Made by a program: the position numbers and the translations under genes. From assembly GCA_964188305.1 (NCBI GenBank), contig OZ076895.1: a stretch of 64,000 nucleotides of DNA. The stretch is one strand, 5' to 3'. This DNA is from Podarcis bocagei (Eukaryota). The notes under the pieces are model-generated. The model was not told where the DNA came from, ran no database searches, and saw nothing but the letters and a program-made list of their open reading frames with translations. Shown in pieces: positions 14,001 through 26,100 of this stretch. Numbering within the stretch: the stretch's first letter is position 1; every line of letters starts with the position of its first letter.

Positions 14001-14711
14001 GTAAGATGATTATATACTTTTCAATGTCTACATGGCATCTAAGTGGTTTACAAAACATTAAAACCAGTTGCACAACCTTGTTGAAATACAGAATAATGAA
14101 AAAACGTACCATAATTGAAATACACAATAAATCCATCCCATTAAAATGTTAAAATAGAAACATGTGATTAAAATATGGAATAAAACTATCGCATTAAAAC
14201 CCCACAGCAATTAAAACAGGAGATTTGGGTCAAGAGATAAAAGGAATGCCTGTATAAACAAATGTGCCTTCAGAAGCTGGTAGAATATCAATACAGATGT
14301 GGAATGCACTACCCCAACACCTGTGCCATCAATAATACATGATGCGGGGAAAATGTGGGAATGTTTTCCCCTCTCATAAAACTAGAACTCACTTAATGAA
14401 ATTGTCAGTAACAGATGAAATAAAGCATTTTTTCACACAATATGTAATAAACTTAGGGAATTCACTGGTGTCATAAGATGTGGTCAATGGCTCAGATTGG
14501 TTTTTTTAATGACTTGTTCATTTTTTAATTAAATTTATATATCACACATCATACGAAGATCACAGGACAGTTTACAACATAAAAACACAAAATGCATAAC
14601 ACAATCATAATAAAAACAACAACACACACAGCACCTTTAAAAGGCCATAGATTGTTTAACAGAAGGCCTGGTTGAAGAGAAATGTTTTTGCCTGGGTCTA
14701 AAAGCAGTCAT

Positions 14712-15060
14712 GGACACGGGTGACGCTGTGGGTTAAACCACAGATCCTAGGGCTTGCCGATCAGAAAGTTGTGGTTCGAATCCCCACGACGGGGTGAGCT
14801 CCCGTTGCTCAGTCCCTGCTCCTGCGCACCTAGCAGTTCGAAAGTACGTCAAAGTGCAAGTAGATAAATAGGTACCGCTCCGGCGGGAAGGTAAACGGCG
14901 TTTCCGTGCGCTACTCTGGTTCGCCAGAAGCGGCTTAGTCATGCTGGCCACATGACCCGGAAGCTGTATGCTGGCTCCCTCGGCCAATAAAGCGAGATGA
15001 GCGCCGCAACCTCAGAGTCGGCCATGACTGGAACTAATGGTCAGGGGTCCCTTTACCTTT
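14712..15060 (+). mobile_element. Sauria-type (Squam1) SINE, full length, with target-site duplication
   Basis: tRNA-like head with B box ggttcgaatcc, typical body (gtgcaagtagataaataggtacc, ttagtcatgctggccacatgacccggaag) and cctttaccttt tail; flanked by AAAAGCAGTCAT (14700-14711) and AAAAGAAGTCAT (15061-15072). Confidence 0.92.
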
Positions 15061-16648
15061 AAAAGAAGTCATGAGAATTTACACAGATTCATGGGGGTTA
15101 TGGATCTTTCAAAATGTGTAGATCTATCAGCAATTAGCTGCAATTTGAAATACCATATCAGTTGAGAGTCCTGTTGACTTCAGGCCCTCCGCCTGACCAG
15201 TCTTCTGATCCCTCAGGTCTATTCTTCCAACAGAAAGGCCCATTAGTTGTTAATAATGTATCTACTTAGGTAAATACTGTAGAAGGACTTGTTGGTTTTA
15301 CTCTCTGTTCTTCAGTACAAAGTGCATTGGCTTATAATAAGTGGAATATCTGTTGTTTTTGAGAAGGGCAAACTGTCAAAGGTTCTTGAGCTGAATTTGA
15401 TATTCTGCTTCCTTGCTGAGAGGCTAGGCAGCCCTCATCCATCTTCCTCTCCCCATAAACTTAAGGGAGAATTGGGGGGGGGGGTGCAGTTATATGACTT
15501 GCTAGGTGGGACTGTGTGTGAAGAATCTCAGTATCTAAGGTTCTGTAAACTTAATGGCTTGTGCTCCCCCCCCCAATATATTTCTGAAACCCAATCCTAT
15601 CTAGTTATCTTTTTGTGTTACACAGTTTGCTGCTTAAATAACAGTTGAAACCAATCATGTTGTTTAAATAAAAATAAGCAAAGGCAGCCATGTTGGTCCA
15701 TAAGACACTCCCCTTGCAAGTTCCATAGTAAGGAAATACCTTTTTAAGGCCAACCAAGATATAACAAAATAATGAGCAAGCTTTTGGGTTCTCCAGCACT
15801 CTTCATAAGCTGGATGTGGGCGAGAAAAAGGCTTGCTTGGTGTTGAAACTACAGTGTCTGCACATTGGCCTCCAACCTGAGATGGGGTATGAAAAGAGAT
15901 AGCGGACTTAATATCCAACTGGGGAGACTGGGATGAAGAAAAACACAGTGGCTAAAGACACTAGTATTTTTGCAGCCCTGCAAGAAAGAACATATATCTG
16001 AGCATGCAAATTTATTACACCCCTCTTTCCCTTTTAACTTCTCCTCCAGATATCCTTTCCCCAGACTATGTAATTCCCCAGTCTGATTTTGGATATCATA
16101 AATAGCCATGATATCCCAATATGGGTAATCCATGCTACCTCATTCCTGAACCCATAGCACTCTTAGTCACCTATTGTTGGGGTTTCTGTTTGGGGGAGGG
16201 GGTCAACAACCAGCAGCTCATGGACTAGATCTGACCCTATGGCAGGACTATGTTCAGCTGTCAATCTAGAGATAAGCATGGTGTTTGGAAAGAACATGGC
16301 AACTGTTATGGGAAACCTTTGTGGGAGATGGGGTTAGAAACACCTTTCATCTCCAACGACTCTCTGGCAAAAGAAAGTCTCTGACCAGGGTCTTAGAGTG
16401 GCTGATTACAAACTGCTAATAATTTTATTTAGTGCTGCCCACACCAGTGGTTGCTGAGATCACTTGTTTGGCTGGTGCCACACACGCTTGTGTTGTCCAC
16501 TGTCTTGGCATGGTTTCACCCCTTTCTGCACCTTTTTTGCCATTTTTTTTCTTTCGTAGTTTTCATCCTGAATTTATACTGTTTCTCTTTTCCCTCATTT
16601 TCCCCATCCATCTTACCTCCCCCCACCCTCATTACCTTCATCTGGTAG

Positions 16649-16756
16649 AAGTATATAAAGATGTATACAGGTGGCGTGAGCTCATTGGCTGAGCAAATAG
16701 CCAATCAGCTTCAAAGGAAAGACCAACCCAAAACCCTTCTAGACAAGAAGGAACTG
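16649..16756 (+). CDS. MICAL3: MICAL3 cassette exon, 108 nt, phase 0-0 (KYIKMYTGGVSSLAEQIANQLQRKDQPKTLLDKKEL)
   Basis: Very long pyrimidine tract, tctggtag| acceptor, CTG|gtaaga donor; open frame joining directly to GSLKKEF. Confidence 0.85.
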
Positions 16757-17491
16757 GTAAGAGAATGATGTTCAGAAGGTGATGAGTATTTGTGATTAGA
16801 AGTTAGACAGCTCTTCCTTAGATCCTCAGTAATATGGAGCCTTTAGTTTTCCCTCAGTGTTTAGTTAAAGGTAGCTGATGTAAGCACTTCCTTGCCTGTT
16901 CCTCCACTTCCCTTTGTGGGTTCTTGAATTCTTGCTATAAAGAAAATGGATAGTACACAAAAGATCTGTTGCTGAAAGCTTTGGTGTCTTTGGAGTAAAT
17001 GTGTGGAGATATCATTTGACAGTGGTTGTTTGGAGCTTAGCTTCAGTGGTAATGTGGGAGGAGGATTATTACTATCATAATTGTGTGACCATTTCCACAA
17101 TTTGTTAGTTGTGTACACTTGGTGTCTCTCATCAACTTTGTGAGGTATGTCATCATTATACCCATTTTAGAGACAGGATGTGTGGGAAAGCTAAAGCTGA
17201 GAGAATTAAAGAATTTTTAGATCCTTCAGTTCTCCCATATTCCGCCAGACTCTTTATTTTCAGGTGGTTGGATGCTACACCTTACGGAGTGTGTTCCTTG
17301 GCTGACCTTTTCTTCCTCATGTTGGGGCCTTGGAATTATCCATAGGTGCCTGCCTAGTGTTTTTGCTCAAACGTCCTCCGTTCCCCATTGAAGGATTCCA
17401 AAACAATCTAATGAATACATATGGAACCACAGTGGAAGTAAAAGTATGCTCGTGACTCAGTCTAGACCTTTCCTTGTTCTTGCTGCTTTAG

Positions 17492-17678
17492 GGTTCCTTG
17501 AAAAAAGAATTCCCTCCGAATGTGGGAGGCAGTGATGTCTGCTACTTCTGCCACAAGCGTGTCTACGTGATGGAAAGACTGAGTGCTGAAGGCAAATTCT
17601 TCCACCGCAGCTGCTTCAAATGCGAATACTGTGCTACAACCCTGCGCTTGTCTTCTTATGCCTACGACCTGGTGGATG
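17492..17678 (+). CDS. MICAL3: MICAL3 LIM domain exon 1 ([62 protein letters not shown]), phase 0-1
   Basis: tgctttag| acceptor, ATG|gtaagt donor; LIM zinc ligands CxxC..HxxCxxCxxC; near identical to recalled human MICAL3. Confidence 0.97.
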
Positions 17679-18845
17679 GTAAGTGAAATTTACCTTTTGC
17701 CTTAGGGGATGGGCAAAAGCTTCAACTGATGGGTTGCATTCAGCAAAATTGTTGTGCAGGTGACTTCTACTTGCATAACAAGTAGAAGTCCTCCTCCTCC
17801 TCCTTCCCCCCACTTGTGTCCCCATACCCAAATCTTCTCTGGGGGTTCCCACAGGCTTCTGGGACAGAGGTTTTTTTTGGGGGGGGCGGGAACTCAGGGA
17901 GTAGAAGAAGGAGAGGGAGTTCCATTGTGCAAGCAGAAGTCATTGAGATCACAACATGGCTTTTATTGGATTCAGCCCTTTGACTTAGAAATAACCTTCA
18001 GGATTCCATATATCTTTAGTATGGTCAGGAAATCATTACATCACTGTTTGGCCCACTTCAGATATACCATCCAAAATTATTATTGTGCAGGAGGTATTTG
18101 TAGAAACTAAAATGCACATTGTAAATACTGCTGTCTGAAGCTGGTTGAACTGGGAGTTGAACTCTCCATGCTCAGGATTTTTGTGTGCTGCCAGAGATTA
18201 TGGAAAACTCAGAGTGGGAAGCCATTGCTCTTGTATTTGCACTCATGGCTAGACAACTGCAGCATCATGTAAACAGGACTCTCCTTGAACACTGTTTAGA
18301 AGGTTCAGCAACACACTGGAAGTTCTTGCAACACCATACCACAGGCTATTTGCATCTGTGAGATGATAACTTTTGAATATTTGTAGTTAGAAATCACCTG
18401 GGTGACCATGGTACATAGATTTCTGTTTGGATTGGCCAATTCTTGGTAAGCAGCGGTCTGTTTGGAGTTAATGCCCAGCCCTTTCCTCTTTGCATTCATT
18501 CTTGCCTTTTCCGCAGCACTTCTGGCACAGCCAGATTTCCATGTGATGCAGCCTTTGTTCCTCATACAGTGCTGCTTTGTGTGCGATACCACGCAAGTTC
18601 CCCTGGGATGTTCTGGCTATTGGTTGGGTGCTGGGTAAATGGCTGTCAGGCACCCTATGGAAAATCCATATGTTTTCAGGAAAGGAGGAAATTAACGTGA
18701 ATTAAATCTTTGAGGCATAATTGTCTCCATGTATTTTGTATGTGACAGGGCAGAGGAGATACAGAGGAACTGTGGCATTGCACGGCATTGACAAACTGTA
18801 GCTTTTGTCTTTCTCATTAGCATTTTCTTCTTGCTCTATTTGCAG

Positions 18846-18934
18846 GGAAATTCTACTGCAAGCCTCACTACTGTTACAGACTTTCAGGTTATGCACAGAG
18901 GAAGAGACCGGCAGTGGGCCCTCTGTCAGGAAAG
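18846..18934 (+). CDS. MICAL3: MICAL3 LIM domain exon 2 (GKFYCKPHYCYRLSGYAQRKRPAVGPLSGK), phase 1-0
   Basis: tttgcag| acceptor, AAG|gtaggc donor; completes the LIM domain (CxxH). Confidence 0.97.
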
Positions 18935-19782
18935 GTAGGCTGTTTCCTTGCATTTCCCAGATGAGACTGCTTTGCCATTTTATGTTGGGAAGTGGCTTTG
19001 GGTTGCTTGGAAGGGGGAGAGCAGTGTTGCAGAATCTTTCTGAATCCTTTATGCATTGATCTTGCCTGCCTTTATTAGCTGTAAACTCTTAAACAGAACA
19101 CATAATGGAAACTTTTTATCAGTTGTTTTTATAAATTTGTTGGCTTACCAAAACCAAGACAGCAGTATGTCTGGAGAGAGAAGATGAAAAGCTGTGCCAG
19201 TGGTGTGCAAATGGGCATGTTGCCATTCATATTTACTTCTGTCTATCCAAAATCCAATTTATGGTGTTGGATAATAAAAATAGGTTCTTTTTATCAGGGG
19301 ACTATTGAAAAGTACTCATACCCAAAGAGTGGGAATTTACTAATTAAAACATGGATATGCATGAAAGTAAATTCTGCCTTGAGAATATATGTAATAGCTG
19401 ATCTACTGGACAATGATTACATTTACAAAGTAACATGAATTAATTTTACTTATGCAGTTAATTTTTTGGCAGTTGGTTTTATGGCAAGTAGTTCTTCAAG
19501 GCAATACTATGGAAAAACGATACGTGTGATACTATTATTTTTGGTTAAAATCAGCTAACCCCAGGCATGCCCTCCATATGGCTTTACTTGAAGAAGCAGT
19601 TAGATAAATAACAAAGATATACTGAGAATGTGTGTCCAGGTCTGGAATATGCCTGAATAAACTAGGGTTATTGTTTCTCCTGGATCTAAAACCATAAAAC
19701 CACCTTTTGTCTGTTTGCATTTGCTCACTTTTAAATTACATAAATTTAATAACTGCATCCTTCCTTGCCTGTTTCCCCCCAG

Positions 19783-19870
19783 GACAGCAAAGGGACCCAA
19801 CAGGACAACATGGCGGCTGACGGTGCAGGACGTTCAAACTCCATCTCAACTTCGTCGGAGAGGACTCCAG
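19783..19870 (+). CDS. MICAL3: MICAL3 exon (DSKGTQQDNMAADGAGRSNSISTSSERTP), phase 0-1
   Basis: tttccccccag| acceptor, CAG|gtagct donor; aligns to recalled human EAKGPLQDG..SSTERTP. Confidence 0.93.
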
Positions 19871-20112
19871 GTAGCTCTGCTTCCTTGTTTGGCAGGGTGA
19901 TGCAGTACTCGCTCCACCTCTTTGACAGAGTTAGGGTGGCAAGCCAGCTCCTGCAAAACACAGTTTCCTCAGTTGGGCACCACGTAGCCCAAAATCCTTT
20001 GGACTCCTTTTTCATGTGCCAGCTGATGGCTTTTGGAGTCCCCTTTATCTATGTCCAGTCAGAGGTTCTTGTGCAGATAATGGGGGAGTTTTTATCAGCA
20101 CTAGGATATTAA
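19871..20112 (+). CDS. MICAL3: Putative read-through terminal coding extension of a short MICAL3 isoform (GSSASLFGRVMQY...NPLDSFFMCQLMAFGVPFIYVQSEVLVQIMGEFLSALGY*)
   Basis: The frame stays open for 80 codons past the 19870 donor (ORF 19765..20112) with protein-like composition, then passes into AT-rich UTR-like sequence. Confidence 0.65.
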
Positions 20113-23100
20113 TACAACTTTTGTAACACTGTGTAACGTGTGTGCAGGAGGAAATTAGGGGTTATGTGGTGGTGGGGTTACATTATGGTTTGTAAGACAA
20201 AGCTGCTGTTCTGAATGCTGTCCAGGTAAACACAGACACCCAGTTCAAGATTTCTTGGGTAGGTTCAAATAAATTAAAAATTGCTAGTCATACCCAGAAC
20301 AGACCAATTGAAATTAATGGACACGACTAACTTAGCTTAATTAATTTCATCAGGTCTACTCTGAGTAGAACGTAGCTGGATGCAACCCTTAGTCTGCAAA
20401 ATCTACATTGCTGAGCGAATTAAATATAGCATTAGCATGGTATGAAGAAGTCCATTGACTGGATTTCTGTGTTCACCTGCAAAACTATCTTCTAGTTCTC
20501 ACCGACATGGTGTCTGAATAGCAAAACATCAAAACCTTGTTGATACGTTTTGAACCATGCCTGCTAGACATTCCTTGTTGTCTTTCACAGCCTTTAACTC
20601 TGGGTGATCTTGGTGTTGGCAGGTTGTGGAAATTTCTCCCAAAATATATGCTTTGCTGTTCTGGACTGGGGCTGACAAACCAAGCTGTATGCTGTTGAGG
20701 GCATTCTGGTTAATCTTAAACTTGATTCCTGTCTCTGTGTGAGAGAGAGCGATAGACTCAATTTGTGCCACAAACTCTTGTTTGGACGGACTTTTACTTT
20801 GACCTTTTGGTGATTAAATTTGAATAGCACTTGATAAGAAGCCAGACTGGATTCTAGTTGTGGAATCTTCCAAGCCAAACAGGTTTAGATTTTATTTTTT
20901 TATGTAGAATTAAATTATATAGCCATAGTTGTGCGTAGGAACTAAACCGTTGCCCTTCCATTGGCTAAATGTTTCTAAATAGTATGAAAAAATCCAATTG
21001 AAGGATCATTCAAGATATTTTTTTTCATTTATTTAATTTTAGTTGTGTACACTCAATAGCATTGTACAGTTTCTGTATTTGTGTGACATTTCCCACCCAG
21101 AAGCAAAATGAAAGAGATTTAAGATTTAAGTAAGCTCTGAAAAACATTTTGTATTAAGCAAGTCTTTCAAATGTGAAAACACAGCATCTTGTAACTATTG
21201 GATAGGAGTCATTTGGCTGTGGAAACAAAGAGTTCTGGAATTTTGCACTGATTAAATTGCTTGATCAGAGATTGGATGTTGTTGTTCAGGTAACTTTTAA
21301 GAGTTCAGACTTCTGAATACTGCTTGTGTTGAGCTTCTGCCTCTGTTGTCTTGAGACTGACAATCTTGCAGAAGTTGATTGCAGTTGGAGTTGCCAACTT
21401 GGTCTAGCATATTTCACCAGCTCTTTACCTTGTTAATTTCAGTTTAGCAATAATTATTCTTGGCCTAATATTGTAGTGAAACCTGTCCTACATTCCCTGC
21501 AAGCCATCTAACTTTTAGTTCTAGTTCCCTGCTGGTCAGGGCAAAAAGCAGACAATTTTTGGCTCTCTGCTGAGTTCAAAATTAACTTGAATGTATAAGT
21601 TTGCTAATCACTCAAAGAGTATGGGAAATTAATGTGTATTTTCATAGGAGGCTGCTGGAGGAATCTCTATATGTTTAAAATTTAAGATCAGGACTCTTTC
21701 ATGTGTCTTTGTTTACATATACCTATTTATGTGTCTATAGATATTGTAATCTCTACAAAGTAGAATCCAGCAATAATGAATTGAATAATTAATTCTGGCC
21801 TTTGTGTTATATAAGCACCATGAACTATGATAATAGTTAAAGACAGTGCTGGGGGGAAATATTTCAAATAATCAGAAGCCAGCATTTTATGTGTTCAGAG
21901 CTGATAAAAACGTTTCAGTCCCTAGATTCCAGCTGAAGTATCCTAATCAGAGAAGTTTCAGACTTTGGCAGTCCTCTGTGAGGCTGGTCTGTCCTCATGC
22001 AAACTCTGAATTGCCATTGAGGTAGAGATATAATTCTATTAACTGCATGTTTCGGACACTGGAATTCATGCAGAGATTGGCATTTCATAATGTGGAAAAT
22101 GATGGTGATTTGAAAAGGGGGAAAATGTGATTTTAATAGAATGTAATTGGATGGTAGTGGGGGAAGCGGAGAAGTGCAGTCTTGGAACGAATAGAAATCT
22201 GCACTTCTCGTTGACCTGTGTTCATGGTCAGCTGCCCATTCCAAGCTGACCCTTGGTTCCCGTGGAATAGGTAAATGCATGCTAGTGGAGCCGTGCTTAC
22301 TCTATTTGCATGTTTCAAACAAATCTGCAATCAGTATTTGCTTGGTTACTATGAAATTTTATGTCGCCTCCCTTCCCTACTTGTCGGCTAACTTGAATAG
22401 TAGAGAAGAGAGCTCTTCTGTACTGAGGCATTAGAATAATGGTCAGGAAACAATAAGCACTTTTTATTGTGAGATAATTTTGCTCTCTGGCATGTGTGGC
22501 TCTTGCATTATAGGTGATTTGTGACTCTCCCTATTCTGTTACAAAAGGGGAAGTTAACTGATCTCAAAGCTCAGTATTTAGCCATTAGGGTAGGCCAAAT
22601 CTTCTCTTGATGTCCACCTCCTGGTCTGCCCAGGAGTGTGTGTGGCACATGTGAGTGCTTTAAGTGAGTTAGCTTTTGATGTTGCTGCTATCCGGTTACA
22701 CTTCTTGCACACTGTCTCCAAAACGTGCAACCCTTTCTGCTGGTGCAGGGGTGGTGAAAGCTGTGACAGGCGCTTTCTTGTGCTGAACTCTGGCATGCTT
22801 CTGGCAAACTCTGTATTACGCCTTTTTCTTGTACTGTCTTCCTGGGATTTTGTGTCAAGCACTCTCTGCATTTGCCTTTGTGACACAATTGCTGCTGGTG
22901 CCAATAAAAGGAGTGGGGGTGGAAAAAAATCCCTTGCTTTTCAATGGTTGTATTCTGTAATAGTTGTATGTCTCTTGTATTTTGGAATGTTTTACAGTGA
23001 GTGTCATTTTTTATACATGTCTTTTTTTTTTTAACACGGAAGTATTGTTCTTTCTGCACTTGGTTGTAAATGTCTGTAAAATATTTTTGAATGTATTAAT

Positions 23101-26100
23101 CCTCCTGTGGGTCCAGTGGGCTTGGAACAGTCTCTTTACATTTTGCCCTTACAATTTTATATAAAGGCGGTTGGTTTTCACTCAAAAACTTTTAGGGGTA
23201 ATGAAATTAAGGTAATTCACCATGGGCTAGGTCACTGGAATGTTGCACATATAGTCAAAAGCATTCTAATTAAAAAAAGAAAAGAAATATAGGAAATTGA
23301 GAGAATTTGTACTAATATCCTCCTTTGAAAGAGGGGAAGTAAATAGTATTATCAGTGGGTTATATCTGTTCTTAATAGTATATTCCAGTGAAGTAAGCTA
23401 ATTGCACTATAGTGAGGTGGCTGTAATGTGGCAAGTAATCATGAAATACTAGGACTTAAACATGACCTTTTTTCAGACTAACAGTCAAATCTTGGAACAC
23501 ATAGTTGCTGTTTTTAGTGGAGGCCAGCACTCCACTATGGAATTTGCAGCATTTCACATGGACAGAAAGTTGGGTTGTAGGACTTTCATATACTTGAAGG
23601 AGCTGTTGATGGGTTTCTAGTAGCATGCACCCATATCTGCAGAATGCAAGCTGAATTTGCTTGTGTATTTGTTTTTAAAACACGGGAAGAGGGAGAGAGG
23701 GTGTAATCTTTGATCAGTGATTAGAGGAGCTCTATGCTCTTCTTTTATCAGAGATTAGAGTAGCTGCATCTTCTATTCCCTTTGATGCCATTTTGGCAGA
23801 CTCTTCTTTCCTACATAAAAAGGTGTATCAGTAAATTTGTCCCTTTTCGCTACAGAGCACTGAATAATTGTGTTTAAAAAAACAAGTTATATTGTTGGTT
23901 GTAACAAACTTTTTGTTGAATCCTGAAACTGCATTGGTTCATCCAATGTATACCAATGAGAAGCAGGAATTGCCATGGAATTGCACAGGGAGAAGTTAAG
24001 ACATATTTCTATGGGCCATGATTCAGTATAAGCATGGTTAAGCTCTGTGTTAAATTGTGCTAATGGTAATGTTACAACAACATACCTGCAGTATAGAATC
24101 AGTGAAGAATGTCCGTATATATGTAATTTAATAAGATTATATAATGTCTCCTGGACACAAATATTAAAATATTAGCATACTACCTTTAGTCTCAACAAAC
24201 CATGATCTGAATGAATATATTTCTTTGTTTTCTGACATAATAACTAATGTATAAGTATTTTTTTGATTCAGCATATGCTTAACAAACTATAAATTGTGCT
24301 AAACTTGATCTCAGTTAATATAGTTCCTTAAATTAATATTAGCTGTCACCCTGGTTTAAAATGTACTTGATAGGTAATGCAAAATTCACTTGCCCCACAT
24401 TTGGCATGAACTCTGCCAGTACTCAAACAGCACCAATTTCTGTTTTAACAGAACATGTTCTTTACAGAATTAATCGTAGGTTAGCAAACATTTGGGCTGA
24501 TGTGATACAATTTTCCACCTGTGACAGAATACTTTTTAGGAAGTCTAGAGACGGTATTGGTAACCTTGCACAATGAAGGCAGCATTTGAGAAGTTTTTTT
24601 GAAATGTTTTTTGAAATGTTGCTTGGTTTTTACTGTGTCCACTGCAGCAAGATAGCAACCATTTTTAAAAAACTCTGCAGGCCAATCAAAACTGTGTGCA
24701 GTGGATTCTGAACAAGTAGGAATAAGGATACAGTTCTTTTTCTAAATGTTACTGTGGACCTGAAGCTGGGTAGATCAGTGGGACTCCAGGATATATGCCA
24801 CATTATGTGCAGAGAGACCCAAGGAAGGTCTGTTTCTTCAAAGAGGTTAGGATTATTTTATATATTAAAGCAGCCACCTGGAGTTTGATGGCTGCTCCAC
24901 AAGAGGCCCTAATCAGCATTAATTGCACAATAATAGATTGGCTCTATTGTGTAGTCTGTAAACAGTGTTTCTGTGCGCTCTGGCTTCCGACACAGTGTTC
25001 CGCTGTGCTAGAAGCGGTTTAGTCATCTCCTGTACAGAATACCAGTGTATGGTTGCATTTCTTGTGGCCTGCACTGAACTACCATAATGTATGGAATCAC
25101 TTTTAGTATGAAATCAAAGGTCCCGTGTAGCTGGAAGTTTACTGTTAAGCATGCATGTTGAATGGCTGAAGATAGTGTCCCTACCCTGTGAAAAATAGCC
25201 TTCCAGAGCTTAGCTTGGAAGCTTTCTTGAGAGACTGTTCCTAGACCCCGTTGCATTCCCCTTCAGTGTTCTTACTAGGTTTTTATGGTGGGATTGATGT
25301 GGAGGGAAGAATGTGTCCAACCACAGGGCACATGAGCAGGCAGCAAAATGAGGAGTCTGGACATGGTGTATCAAGGGAAAATGATGCACATAGGAAAATG
25401 CAGTGTTATGTGCTTTCAAAGTGAACCTCACTTTTGAATAGCTACAGGGAAGAAATGAAATGTAAAATTGATACAGTTGTTGGGGATCCACCATAAAATC
25501 CTGTTGAGAACACTTTTTTCCTTGGAGAGATGAAATTCTTTTCTTTTGTCTTTTCATCCCTTCTCAAACCCTGTAGATCATAGTGACTTGTATTGTTATT
25601 TGTGTATATATATATATGCATTTCTTGAGGGATGATGTGAGTTATTCTGAGTATTTTCTTAAACAGAATGCAATATTACTTGTGTGTCAGCGAAAAATAC
25701 CTTAAATCTCTTAAGAAATGGGTTTTGTTTTTTCCCTCCCAGCAATTATACTGGGGTCTGCTTAAATGCCCCCTATTTTGAAATGCAAAATCTGAGGGGG
25801 GGGGGGAACATCCCCTGCTTGAGATTTAAGCTGTGGCTCAGGGAAGAATGGGAAATGTGCTCTGAAAAACCTCACATCTCAAACTTGAGATGTTGTACCC
25901 TTTTTTTATTTTGGTTTTCTTGCCCTTACTGTGGTGGTGCAGAGTGTGCATTTGTGTTCAAATTCTGTAACTTTGGAACTCTTGTTGCTGTGAAAACAAT
26001 ACGTTTTTGTGCAAATGTTACCTCTTCACGTTAAAAAGGGAATAAATTCCAAACAATCTTTCTGAGGTTTCAAAAGTTTCTGAGTTTTTCTTTTCTACTC

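Noticed and set aside
14712-14790. tRNA genes suggested by A/B boxes here and at 29730 and 63992
   Set aside because: These are SINE heads continuing into SINE bodies and tails; no complete cloverleaf.
17264-17345. Acceptor-like tctttattttcag before the LIM exon
   Set aside because: The phase-0 frame reaches TGA after 13 codons and the following donor is weak; no support as a coding exon.
22578-23059. ORFs 22636..23034 (+), 22578..22904 (-) and 22688..23059 (-)
   Set aside because: No recognisable protein; splicing from 19870 to the nearby tttag acceptor hits a stop within ten codons; better explained as UTR or intron.
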